Shown in pieces: positions 55,878-64,000 of a stretch of DNA of 64,000 nt (positions are counted from its first letter, which is position 1; every line of letters begins with the position of its first letter). The stretch lies in the sequence record OQ722176.1; one strand, given 5' to 3'. The notes beneath the pieces are model-generated. The model saw nothing but the letters and a program-made list of their open reading frames with translations, did not search any database and was not told the origin of the DNA. The position numbers were made by a program, and so were the translations under genes.

Positions 55878-56491
55878 TGATTAGTATTGAGTTACACAAG
55901 AAAGTAGTAGAGAAGAAAGCAGTATTGCCAGATCAAGCAATGGTGCGAATCGAGACGTATTACCGTTCGTTGAGTGGTTATATGAACTTCATTGATTCGA
56001 GTCATCAAATTCGTGGTGTTACTGATGGTACATATATGCTTGTTACTGAAGATGGTGCATTCTTTAACATAGAGAAAGACCGTGTGAATGGTGATAAGCA
56101 GACACGTGAAAAGCACGATGGTCAGCTTGTAGCGGTACATGCGCGATTAGCCTTGCCTGCGAAAGATTGGGATTGGTATCCATGTAAGTGGAAAAGCGGT
56201 CGTCTTGTCTATGAGTATAAAGAGCAAGATTTCGTAGAAGAGAAACACGAGCTAGTGGTTGGTGAGATAGTAGACATTTTTGCCGCTGACGATGAGTATG
56301 CCGAAGCGCCAGTTGATGCAACTGTAGTGTTGAGTCGTCCGGGACAGATTGTAGTAGAGCGTGATGGTGTATTGGTTGCTTTCAACATTGACAATATGCG
56401 TTCGTCTGGTAATATTGTATCTGACTGTGGTGATCATCTACTAGTGGGTAAGTTTGCCGTAAGCGAATACGACGAAGAACTTCATTCGTAA
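55877..56491 (+). CDS. Hypothetical protein, paralog of 54821 gene
   Basis: ELVVGEI..DATVVL..QIVV. Confidence 0.65.
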   Translation: MISIELHKKVVEKKAVLPDQAMVRIETYYRSLSGYMNFIDSSHQIRGVTDGTYMLVTEDGAFFNIEKDRVNGDKQTREKHDGQLVAVHARLALPAKDWDWYPCKWKSGRLVYEYKEQDFVEEKHELVVGEIVDIFAADDEYAEAPVDATVVLSRPGQIVVERDGVLVAFNIDNMRSSGNIVSDCGDHLLVGKFAVSEYDEELHS

Positions 56492-56502
56492 AAAGTTGAA
56501 GA

Positions 56503-56538
56503 AAAGGGTTGACGAGTGTCAGCCCTTTCTTGTATTAT
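56503..56538 (+). promoter_or_regulatory. Terminator-promoter fusion cassette
   Basis: AAAGGGTTGAC-GAGT-GTCAGCCCTTT; TTGACG-18-TATTAT. Confidence 0.8.
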
Positions 56539-56579
56539 CTCTATATCGAAACGACATCGACTAACAGAGAGAGAATATT

Positions 56580-56939
56580 ATGTTTTTTAACGCAGCTAAA
56601 GCACTAAACGATCTTACGCAATCGAAACACGGTCATTCACGTCTTGTTGCCATGACTGGTGCTAAGAACTTGCTTCAATCGCCTGAAGGTCGATTTGTTT
56701 CATTTCGTTTGCCGAAAGCAGTACGTGGTATTAACTACGTGAAAATCACGTTGAACAGCCAAGACTTGTATGATGTTGAGTTTGGTAAAGTCTCGAACAA
56801 AGCTTGTCCAGAAATGAAAAAGCTTGGTATTAAAGTGATGCTGCCGAATTACGAAGTGAAAACAGTAGTCGAAGGCGTGTACAATGACTCATTGAAAGCA
56901 TGTTTTGAGCGTGAAACTACACTTTTATTGTCACTTTAA
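56580..56939 (+). CDS. Hypothetical early protein
   Basis: GAGAGAATATTATG leader. Confidence 0.7.
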   Translation: MFFNAAKALNDLTQSKHGHSRLVAMTGAKNLLQSPEGRFVSFRLPKAVRGINYVKITLNSQDLYDVEFGKVSNKACPEMKKLGIKVMLPNYEVKTVVEGVYNDSLKACFERETTLLLSL

Positions 56940-56979
56940 GCAAAAAGTGCTTGACTGTTCCACCAGCATAGCCGATAAT
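56940..56979 (+). promoter_or_regulatory. Early promoter
   Basis: GCAAAAAGTGC-TTGACT-17-GATAAT. Confidence 0.65.
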
Positions 56980-57008
56980 AGCTACATCAAGACAAGAGAG
57001 AGAACATT

Positions 57009-57275
57009 ATGACTGTATTCAATTCTGAGCTAGAAGCATTCGCAAAAGACCATAATCTAGACCAATCTGCACTTGAAGAACTAGCAGATGGTGTAATGCG
57101 CCGTGTTCAATATGCAGTATCTAACGGTCATATTATGACTGAAGAGCTAATCATTCAAGCGACGCAGCACTGGTTTTTGTCTCGTGAAAAGCTGTTTAAC
57201 GACTATCTTGGTAATGTTAACGGTACTCGCGACAAGCTGAACAGCGAAGTTTACGACTTACTAAAGGGGAAATAA
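57009..57275 (+). CDS. Hypothetical early protein
   Basis: GAGAGAACATTATG leader. Confidence 0.7.
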   Translation: MTVFNSELEAFAKDHNLDQSALEELADGVMRRVQYAVSNGHIMTEELIIQATQHWFLSREKLFNDYLGNVNGTRDKLNSEVYDLLKGK

Positions 57276-57276
57276 G

Positions 57277-57663
57277 ATGAATTTATTCGCGCAAGTCGCT
57301 AGTGACCTGCTAGAAGACGAAGATCTAATGTCTAGCGTTGAGCGTTATACTTGTCATATGATGGAAGATCGCATGGCAGTTATTGCTCCTCATATCCCTT
57401 TTTTCGACGTTGAATCGTACATTGTCAATAAAGGTCGCGAGTTCTTACACGCCATTAACGACAATCCAGACTTGCTTGGCTATGAGTTAAGCACACCGTC
57501 GAAAGAGTCACTTGCTGATTCTATTCGCGACAATTGGGCCGGTGCGTTTGTACATGTGCTTTCTTACGATGAAAATTGTCGTCGTGATATGAACGCTTTT
57601 ACGCTATGTCGTAAAGCATGGTTGAAATTTATCGTGGATGCGAATGATGAAATATCTCTATGA
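57277..57663 (+). CDS. Tandem paralog A
   Basis: LLED..RYTC..RKAWLKFI. Confidence 0.65.
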   Translation: MNLFAQVASDLLEDEDLMSSVERYTCHMMEDRMAVIAPHIPFFDVESYIVNKGREFLHAINDNPDLLGYELSTPSKESLADSIRDNWAGAFVHVLSYDENCRRDMNAFTLCRKAWLKFIVDANDEISL

Positions 57664-58078
57664 GATTCAACAAGCGGTTCGTGAACTGCTAGAAGACCAG
57701 TCTATATTGAGTGATAAGACTCGTTATACTTGCAACGAAATCGCCACTGCCGTAGTTGCTAGAGCGTGTGAATTTGATGCATCATATCGTATTGGCATTC
57801 GAATAGCGGTTAAAAACACGTTATCAGAAATCGGTGGTCAATTTGTAAACTCGGTTTATGCCAAAGCTAAATCTGGTGAAATTCAGTTATCAGAAATTGC
57901 CATGACTAAAATTGCCAATGATATGAAAATCGACTATTATCGTGGTACGTTTATTCATGACATTTCACGTATTGGTGAGAAAGAATACGACTTAGAGTTG
58001 TTTGCCGAGTATCGTCGCCAATGGTTAGAGTTCATTTTGACTCAATCTAGTGAGCATGAGAACCGCAGAAATGCTTAG
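57644..58078 (+). CDS. Tandem paralog B
   Basis: LLED..RYTC..RRQWLEFI. Confidence 0.65.
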   Translation: MMKYLYEIQQAVRELLEDQSILSDKTRYTCNEIATAVVARACEFDASYRIGIRIAVKNTLSEIGGQFVNSVYAKAKSGEIQLSEIAMTKIANDMKIDYYRGTFIHDISRIGEKEYDLELFAEYRRQWLEFILTQSSEHENRRNA

Positions 58079-58541
58079 TCTAGACGAACGTCTTGCCATG
58101 CTTGACGATATACTAAGCGAGAAAACACCAGACGAGATACTAGCTGAATTGCAATCGTATCCCGCCATTGGCCCAACTGTAGAGGAATTCACGAAGGATT
58201 TTCCTATGACATTACAAGAACAAATCAAAGCTGCTGCTGAACAATTACTGGCTGAATCGAAAACTGACATTACAGCGTTAGACGATTTCACTTGTTGCCA
58301 GATTGCAAACATCGTAGACAATGACGAACTTGATTTCGAAGTGCTTAATTCAGTGTACAAGTCACTAGAAGATCTCAAAGTACCATTCTTGGATACGCTT
58401 GACATCCCGACTAAAGACAAAGAAGCTGCTCGCCATTTATCTGCGTTCTTGAGCTTTCTTACTTTCGGTCGTGATGAGTTACGTGAATATCGCATAAAAT
58501 GGCTAGAGTTTATCATCGCCAATATCGAGGGTATCAAATGA
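58071..58541 (+). CDS. Tandem paralog C
   Basis: LLAE..DFTC..RIKWLEFI. Confidence 0.65.
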   Translation: MLSLDERLAMLDDILSEKTPDEILAELQSYPAIGPTVEEFTKDFPMTLQEQIKAAAEQLLAESKTDITALDDFTCCQIANIVDNDELDFEVLNSVYKSLEDLKVPFLDTLDIPTKDKEAARHLSAFLSFLTFGRDELREYRIKWLEFIIANIEGIK

Positions 58542-58891
58542 CATTAGCTGAATTAGCCGTAGACCATCCGTATTACTGTAGCGATTCGAACTATTACAGC
58601 AATGATGCTGGGATGGTCTATGACACTATGAAAGAGTTTTTAGACGAGTTCGAAGACGCTGACGTTGACATGAACTTGGTTTTTCGTTGGGATGTCAAGC
58701 CAGATTTATCAGACGAAGATTACGAAACACCGCTTGGTACGTACTACGCTGAGATCTTTATGATGCATCAACGCAAAGGTATTTTCTCGCCGTTTCATAT
58801 TCGGTCTATCACTGAAGAAGACGTACCGCGTTTTGTCGAGTACTTGAAAGTCCATCAACAAACGTTACAAGAACTTTGGAAACCACTATGA
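58538..58891 (+). CDS. Hypothetical protein
   Basis: HPYYCS, DMNLVFRWD. Confidence 0.65.
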   Translation: MTLAELAVDHPYYCSDSNYYSNDAGMVYDTMKEFLDEFEDADVDMNLVFRWDVKPDLSDEDYETPLGTYYAEIFMMHQRKGIFSPFHIRSITEEDVPRFVEYLKVHQQTLQELWKPL

Positions 58892-59118
58892 TTATTCTTA
58901 ATATACTAGCGTTTTATATGCTGGTGGCAGTTGGTGCTTATTTGTATGTTGCACTAGGCGACTACGTATGGTACAAAATGAAAGGCAAGCTTGACAACAA
59001 GTTCCCAATCACGTCGATTGAAACGCACAAATTCATTGCAGTAATGAGTTTATTCTGGTTTCCTCTTGTGTTAATCTACTTGAAAAACTCAGTGAAGGGG
59101 CTTTATGAAAGACTATAG
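58888..59118 (+). CDS. Two-TM membrane protein
   Basis: Hydrophobic helices. Confidence 0.6.
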   Translation: MIILNILAFYMLVAVGAYLYVALGDYVWYKMKGKLDNKFPITSIETHKFIAVMSLFWFPLVLIYLKNSVKGLYERL

Positions 59119-59392
59119 TCGTGCTGTTATCGTAGTCAACTACAAGAGCGGCAATTCAGTTGCGTTTTGGACGTATCGTTTTTCGTATTCGCCACAGTCA
59201 GTTTCTTGGCATGCAGCGGCGAATCCGTACGACGAAAAAGAGAGTAATGCACTACGTGAGCGATTAGCACTGATGCGCATTGCATTGTTAGAAGACCCGG
59301 TTAAACTCGCAACCGACATCGTAGACATTGAAAGCGTATGGGTTGCAGAGCGTTATCTAGGTGAAGAAGGGGAAATACCAGAAGATGAGTGA
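59105..59392 (+). CDS. Hypothetical protein
   Basis: ORF. Confidence 0.6.
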   Translation: MKDYSRAVIVVNYKSGNSVAFWTYRFSYSPQSVSWHAAANPYDEKESNALRERLALMRIALLEDPVKLATDIVDIESVWVAERYLGEEGEIPEDE

Positions 59393-59621
59393 TTTACTAG
59401 CGGGTATTGTTGGCGGCATCGTGATTATTTTCATGGCAATTGTTGGTCTGATTTGGTCAATTATTGAGTTCGTCATCGGTATTCTTGTATTAATCGGGGC
59501 AGTTATTGTCGGTGTATGTGCGACTGTACTAGGCGCAGCTATTGTAACGATAGCATGGCCGTTTGTAGAAGCTAAGAAAGCATACGACGCACATCAAAAA
59601 CGCAAGAATGAAAAGCTTTAA
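59385..59621 (+). CDS. Membrane protein
   Basis: Long hydrophobic stretch. Confidence 0.6.
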   Translation: MSDLLAGIVGGIVIIFMAIVGLIWSIIEFVIGILVLIGAVIVGVCATVLGAAIVTIAWPFVEAKKAYDAHQKRKNEKL

Positions 59622-59922
59622 TTTTTCATTACCAGTCAAGGTCGAGCACAAATCTCTTGTGCTTGATCTTTGTCGCTGCTCAGTTTGCCACGTTGACTTC
59701 GCTGTTTCTGACTGCATAAAAGACTACGGTCATCATGACGGTTGGGAAATGCCTGCCTATACTGAACTACTTTGTCCCGATTGTGAGTGTGGCGGTTGTA
59801 TTGAAGATTTCTGGTCGAGCGATAAAGCAGTTTTAGAACATGGTGAATATCTGCAAGAACACAAGCCGATTGAATTCGACCATTTTCGAAAGTGCTTTCA
59901 TGACGTATACAAGGTGAAATAA
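59608..59922 (+). CDS. Zn-ribbon protein
   Basis: CSVC..CPDC. Confidence 0.6.
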   Translation: MKSFNFSLPVKVEHKSLVLDLCRCSVCHVDFAVSDCIKDYGHHDGWEMPAYTELLCPDCECGGCIEDFWSSDKAVLEHGEYLQEHKPIEFDHFRKCFHDVYKVK

Positions 59923-60359
59923 TGATTTACAGATTCTGGGAAACACCAACTGGCGACTGCCTTATTGAAATGGTCGACGAACACTATAATATGGGCAAGC
60001 GTGCTTACATGACAGATATGATGGATTTCTATCGTACTGAAGCTGGCAAACATGCTTTACTGAAACACGTTCATGGATGGGGAACTGTTGAACTTGCTGA
60101 TTTTGATATTCGCGAGTTAAAAGGTCTTGGTACTGTCGAACTCGAAGAGCTTACTTTAACAGCCACTGACAAGTCGGTATTGAGTCGTTGCATTGACAAA
60201 GAAGAATTCGACTACGCTATGCTTTACTACAGCGATTACCAAAGCGTGTGTCACAATGTCGTCGAGTCGCGTGAATTTCATGCACTACGTAATAATCTAG
60301 TCAATGCTCATCGTGACTTACAGACTTGGTTGAAATTACAAGGTGTAGAAGTTGAATAA
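59922..60359 (+). CDS. Hypothetical protein
   Basis: TAATG coupling. Confidence 0.6.
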   Translation: MIYRFWETPTGDCLIEMVDEHYNMGKRAYMTDMMDFYRTEAGKHALLKHVHGWGTVELADFDIRELKGLGTVELEELTLTATDKSVLSRCIDKEEFDYAMLYYSDYQSVCHNVVESREFHALRNNLVNAHRDLQTWLKLQGVEVE

Positions 60360-60360
60360 G

Positions 60361-60507
60361 ATGTATGCCATACGTCCGTGTTTCAATGGCTTTCTCTGGA
60401 AAGTCGTTATATTCGCGAACAACTATGACCGCGGTACAATCTCGTATCACTTCACCAGAGCAGGCGCATATAACTTGTGCAAGCAACTTAACGAGGACAG
60501 ACAATGA
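60361..60507 (+). CDS. Small hypothetical protein (48 aa)
   Basis: Manually read; coupled. Confidence 0.45.
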   Translation: MYAIRPCFNGFLWKVVIFANNYDRGTISYHFTRAGAYNLCKQLNEDRQ

Positions 60508-60821
60508 GCCAAATGGAATACAATAAAGGCATTCTACATCTTGTGGATAAGTCTGTGGATAAACTTGCTGAAGAGTTAGTAAGTGATTCTGACTTGCCGT
60601 ATTGGTGTGAGACCAAGCTTGAATATCTACGGGAAAACTCAGAAGAGTTCGGGTTGGTTTTTATCAAAGATCTTTGTTACCGTGTAACGTTTGAAAACGA
60701 GCGTGAAGATCTGTATCAGATTGCCAGAGCCGAAGTTCAGCCGAATGGTGATATTCACTTTGAGACGTATCATTATAATGGTGGTGCTCACTGGACAGAA
60801 GTTGTAGAGGGTGCGTTATGA
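60504..60821 (+). CDS. Hypothetical protein containing a tandem DnaA-box pair
   Basis: SD GAGGA; YNGGAHW. Confidence 0.65.
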   Translation: MSQMEYNKGILHLVDKSVDKLAEELVSDSDLPYWCETKLEYLRENSEEFGLVFIKDLCYRVTFENEREDLYQIARAEVQPNGDIHFETYHYNGGAHWTEVVEGAL

Positions 60822-61015
60822 GAACGGTCGAACATGTGCAAGTTGTGTCTGGTGATGAAGCGGGTTATGCTACGGTCACGGAAGATGGTGGTTTTGCTCG
60901 TGAGTACAAGTCGCTGACTGAAGTTCTAGTTTCTACGGATTCGTATTACACTGATGCGTATTACTTCGTGAACAAAGACAATGCCGAGCGTTTCATGGAG
61001 AATCTCAATGAATGA
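60818..61015 (+). CDS. Hypothetical protein
   Basis: Coupled ORF. Confidence 0.55.
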   Translation: MRTVEHVQVVSGDEAGYATVTEDGGFAREYKSLTEVLVSTDSYYTDAYYFVNKDNAERFMENLNE

Positions 61016-61379
61016 CTTAGTAGGTAATGAAATCACCGCGGGTATGAACGTCGTTGTTATGACACGTGCATTTGGTTTAACTCGTAGTCATATGCGTCTT
61101 TACACAGCTACGGTGATTTCAGTTAAGCGTGGTAGAGCATTGGTGCGTTGTCATGACACCAAGCATGAAACGACCGTTCGTAAAACTAACATCATTGTTC
61201 CGAAAGACAGTTCTGAAAACGCTATGCTTAAAGAAGCTCTTGGTAATACGCTTGAGTACATCGAGCAGCTAGAGAACAGTGCCGGTCGTATGGACGTGCT
61301 TGATGTGATTCACGATGACCTGCCAGGTGACATTGGTGATTGGGACTTTCAAGAGTACGTGAGGTTAAGCAATGGCTAA
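61008..61379 (+). CDS. Hypothetical protein
   Basis: DLVGNEITAG. Confidence 0.6.
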   Translation: MNDLVGNEITAGMNVVVMTRAFGLTRSHMRLYTATVISVKRGRALVRCHDTKHETTVRKTNIIVPKDSSENAMLKEALGNTLEYIEQLENSAGRMDVLDVIHDDLPGDIGDWDFQEYVRLSNG

Positions 61380-61605
61380 ACGATTCTGGGCTGTGCAGTT
61401 TGAAGACGGTTCTTTTATTCATGAGAATCCCGACTATGAACTAGGTCGAACACGCCAATTACAGCGTACAAACGACTTAGACAAGGCTAAACTCTGGCAA
61501 AAACCGGGTATGTTACAGACATACATGAAGAAAAACGGTCGTTTTGCGCCAGCTATTTGGGATTCAGTGCTGGTGGAAGTACAAAGAGAGGTGGTAATTG
61601 GCTAA
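61372..61605 (+). CDS. Hypothetical protein
   Basis: SD GAGG. Confidence 0.6.
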   Translation: MAKRFWAVQFEDGSFIHENPDYELGRTRQLQRTNDLDKAKLWQKPGMLQTYMKKNGRFAPAIWDSVLVEVQREVVIG

Positions 61606-62179
61606 ATTGTACTACAATTATTCCGCTATGAATGCGGGAAAAAGCGCACAGCTATTACAAGCTGCTCATAACTATGAACAGACTGGTTCTACTGTGTGGT
61701 ATTTTAACTACTATCAAGACAACCGTTTTGGTGTTGGGAAAATCTCTAGTCGTATTGGCTTAGAGCATGACGCTGTATTGTACTCCGAAGAGTTCGATTT
61801 CATTCATTACGCTATGCATGAAAATCACGTGCCGGCGGCTATTTTCGTTGATGAATGTCAGTTCTTGACTAAAAAACAAGTGCTAGACCTAGCTTATATC
61901 GTCGATAAATTCAATATTCCCGTGCTTTGTTACGGTATACGTAATGATTACATGGGTAATTTATTCCAAGGTTCTGCTGCGTTGATGTGTCATGCCGATG
62001 AGATTCGCGAAATCAAAGCTATGTGCTCAGTTGAGGGTTGTCATAAGAAAGCAACCCATATCGGATTGTTCATTGGCGGAGCTCGTGTGCTTGACGGTGA
62101 ACAGACATATATCGGTGATACTGATTACCGTAGTATGTGTCGTAAACATTTTATAGAGGGAAGTGATGGTACTAGCTAA
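61598..62179 (+). CDS. tk: Thymidine kinase
   Basis: MAKLYYNYSAMNAGKS, VDECQF, CYGIRND, YRSMCRKH. Confidence 0.95.
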   Translation: MAKLYYNYSAMNAGKSAQLLQAAHNYEQTGSTVWYFNYYQDNRFGVGKISSRIGLEHDAVLYSEEFDFIHYAMHENHVPAAIFVDECQFLTKKQVLDLAYIVDKFNIPVLCYGIRNDYMGNLFQGSAALMCHADEIREIKAMCSVEGCHKKATHIGLFIGGARVLDGEQTYIGDTDYRSMCRKHFIEGSDGTS

Positions 62180-62348
62180 TTTACTATGTACGTTGATTGC
62201 AGCATACATTGGCAATTACATCGGTCGTTATATCACAGTGAACAACGGTACATACAGAGGTCGTGATCCGTTTGCGTTTCGCAATATGAATCACTTTGTG
62301 AATATCTTTATTGCGTTTTTAGTATGCGCGTTAACGGGTGGGTTATGA
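62163..62348 (+). CDS. Small membrane protein
   Basis: Two hydrophobic segments. Confidence 0.5.
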   Translation: MMVLANLLCTLIAAYIGNYIGRYITVNNGTYRGRDPFAFRNMNHFVNIFIAFLVCALTGGL

Positions 62349-62671
62349 GTCATATACAAGATTTGGAAAATCAGATTCGCGAACTTGAGCGTGAGCTACA
62401 TGAAGAGCGAAACCGTTGTCACCATACTCGTGTGACTTACAAAGAAGGCGCTGCTGATGGTGATCCGTGGTCTAGAGATCAATATTGGAAAGATATTGTA
62501 TGTCTTGACTGTGGGTTTAAGTCTCATATTGACAGCGACATCAACCCAACTGACTATAACTTTCGCGGTGCATTAGGTTCTGTCTTACACGTGCCTAATG
62601 AGAAATACGCGGTTTACAACGAAGTGAAAAAACTCATAGAGGAATCAGATGAAATACGCACGCTATATTGA
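62345..62671 (+). CDS. Hypothetical protein
   Basis: Coiled coil then CLDCG. Confidence 0.6.
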   Translation: MSHIQDLENQIRELERELHEERNRCHHTRVTYKEGAADGDPWSRDQYWKDIVCLDCGFKSHIDSDINPTDYNFRGALGSVLHVPNEKYAVYNEVKKLIEESDEIRTLY

Positions 62672-62984
62672 GTTCAATGACAACGAAGGCGAAACATGGC
62701 ATCGTTTTATCCCGATGACAGATCCGTGTCTAGACAAGTTTCTAGATGTAATGAAGCTCGTTGAAGATTCAGACGACACGTATTCAATCGAGATCGACCG
62801 TGAAGGCAAGGTTGTTCAGTACGATGAATCATACGTTAAAGTGTTAGTTGATGAATCAGCTATGTACATGAACGGTTACATGGATGCATATGCCGTGTGC
62901 AACATCAACGAAGACATTTTCAAATACGTAGGTGACTATGAAGAAGCTTACGAAACACTATACAAAATGGGGTGGGCGAAATGA
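62649..62984 (+). CDS. Hypothetical acidic protein
   Basis: SD GAGGA. Confidence 0.6.
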   Translation: MKYARYIEFNDNEGETWHRFIPMTDPCLDKFLDVMKLVEDSDDTYSIEIDREGKVVQYDESYVKVLVDESAMYMNGYMDAYAVCNINEDIFKYVGDYEEAYETLYKMGWAK

Positions 62985-63571
62985 CAGACTTTGAAGCGGT
63001 GAAGTTTATTTCAACCAAAATTCTTTCTGATATGAACACCACCGTGTCGAGTCGAAGCGTCGAATACACATTCGATGAATTGAACGAGTTTCTAGATTCA
63101 ATACGATTTAGCACGTGTTTCATTCGACCGCTACAAGACATATTGAGAGAAATAGATGAGACTATTGTGGTCGATTATGTACCTCAGTTTGATCGTAATA
63201 CCGCTAGTGGTCTAAATGACAAAACAACCAAATTAAGAGTGAGTAGTAATCTAATGACATTATACGACGTAGTAAAAGCATACAACGACGAGCACGGTTA
63301 TTCAAACGAGCCTGATTCGATGTATGAGACGTTCATTGAATGTATAAGCAAGCGAATTGTCCAAGAAGAAAACGAGTCTGAGCATCGTTGGTATGACATT
63401 CGTTCTGTTGTACATGCTGTTGACATCGACGGAACAGAGCGTTACTTCCAAACGTTTGACTATCACATTACTGGTGATAACTGTGCAAGTGACATGGATT
63501 TAGACATGCCAACGCTTGATGATGTGACAGAAGTACACCCACATCAAGTTACCATGACTGTTTACAAGTAA
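62981..63571 (+). CDS. Hypothetical acidic protein
   Basis: ATGA coupling. Confidence 0.6.
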   Translation: MTDFEAVKFISTKILSDMNTTVSSRSVEYTFDELNEFLDSIRFSTCFIRPLQDILREIDETIVVDYVPQFDRNTASGLNDKTTKLRVSSNLMTLYDVVKAYNDEHGYSNEPDSMYETFIECISKRIVQEENESEHRWYDIRSVVHAVDIDGTERYFQTFDYHITGDNCASDMDLDMPTLDDVTEVHPHQVTMTVYK

Positions 63572-63573
63572 AC

Positions 63574-63599
63574 AAAGCCCCTTAATTGGGGCTTTTTTT
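63574..63599 (+). terminator. Intrinsic terminator
   Basis: AAAGCCCC-TTAATT-GGGGCTTT plus T tract. Confidence 0.85.
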
Positions 63600-63629
63600 A
63601 GGTCTGAAGAAAATTATTTTAATTTTTTT

Positions 63630-63685
63630 GCAAAAAGTGGTTGCGTGGTGAATGGTAATTTCCTATTATAGCTACATCGAAACGA
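63630..63685 (+). promoter_or_regulatory. Early promoter with conserved leader
   Basis: TTGCGT-17-TATTAT then AGCTACATCGAAACGA. Confidence 0.75.
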
Positions 63686-63722
63686 GATACACATTCTTAA
63701 ACGACTATAGAGAGACGACATT

Positions 63723-64000
63723 ATGCCTAGCAACCTAAACAACATCAAAATCAAAGACATTCGCGAATTCGGTATCAGCACTGTTGAGTACAAAGATTTC
63801 ACAATCTTCGCTACTGAAGAGCTTGGTGAGATTATCCTACGCGCTGCTGTATGTTACGACGCAGACTCTGACGCTCACGTATCAGTAGTTGACGTATGTG
63901 GTGACACTCTGAAAGAAGCGAAAGCTTACTTGCAAGCTGAACTGAACGACATCAAGCACACTGCTGGTCAAATCGCTGAAATGGCAATTGCACTAGATGA
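63723..64000 (+). CDS. Hypothetical early protein, 3' truncated
   Basis: GAGAG leader; open to window end. Confidence 0.6.
   Translation, partial: MPSNLNNIKIKDIREFGISTVEYKDFTIFATEELGEIILRAAVCYDADSDAHVSVVDVCGDTLKEAKAYLQAELNDIKHTAGQIAEMAIALD

Noticed and set aside
45-63802. Many antisense or out-of-frame ORFs in the track (e.g. 145-588, 7755-8129, 43502-43855, 58025-58537)
   Set aside because: Shadows of well-supported + strand genes; no motifs or SD
1-64000. tRNA, rRNA genes and CRISPR arrays
   Set aside because: No cloverleaf or repeat-spacer periodicity seen by eye; run tRNAscan-SE and CRISPRCasFinder to confirm

Overview
This is a 64 kb segment of a large T4-like lytic phage, most consistent with the Vibrio KVP40/nt-1 (Schizotequatrovirus) group. 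Almost all genes are on the + strand. Recognisable modules: replication (gp46, 45, 44, 62, regA, 43); RNA repair and lysis (rnlA, spanins, pseT, rnl2); dCMP deaminase plus a 7-deazaguanine cluster (double-domain QueD, FolE, DpdA/TGT-like, QueF, QueC, class II glutamine amidotransferase, with an antisense HNH endonuclease); gp31, gp49, an ArdA-like gene plus an N6-adenine methylase, rIIA/rIIB, a frameshifted K+ channel, a nucleotidyltransferase, SLOG, GrcA, Dda, NadM-Nudix and tk. These sit among about 90 small accessory ORFs. The most striking unexplained feature is a non-coding array of 8 co-oriented DnaA boxes at 55452-55559. It coincides with a C-rich to G-rich skew switch, is flanked by paralogous genes and is echoed by a tandem box pair at 60542. 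This suggests a host-like origin or a DnaA-titrating decoy, in a phage family thought to be DnaA-independent. Other candidates: a late-promoter-driven minus-strand structured RNA (42755-42858), a 9-nt-periodic TAG array (35386-35439), a dispersed family of proteins carrying capsid-targeting-like N-termini, and repeated terminator/promoter fusion cassettes. All family calls come from motif recognition by eye; no database searches were run.
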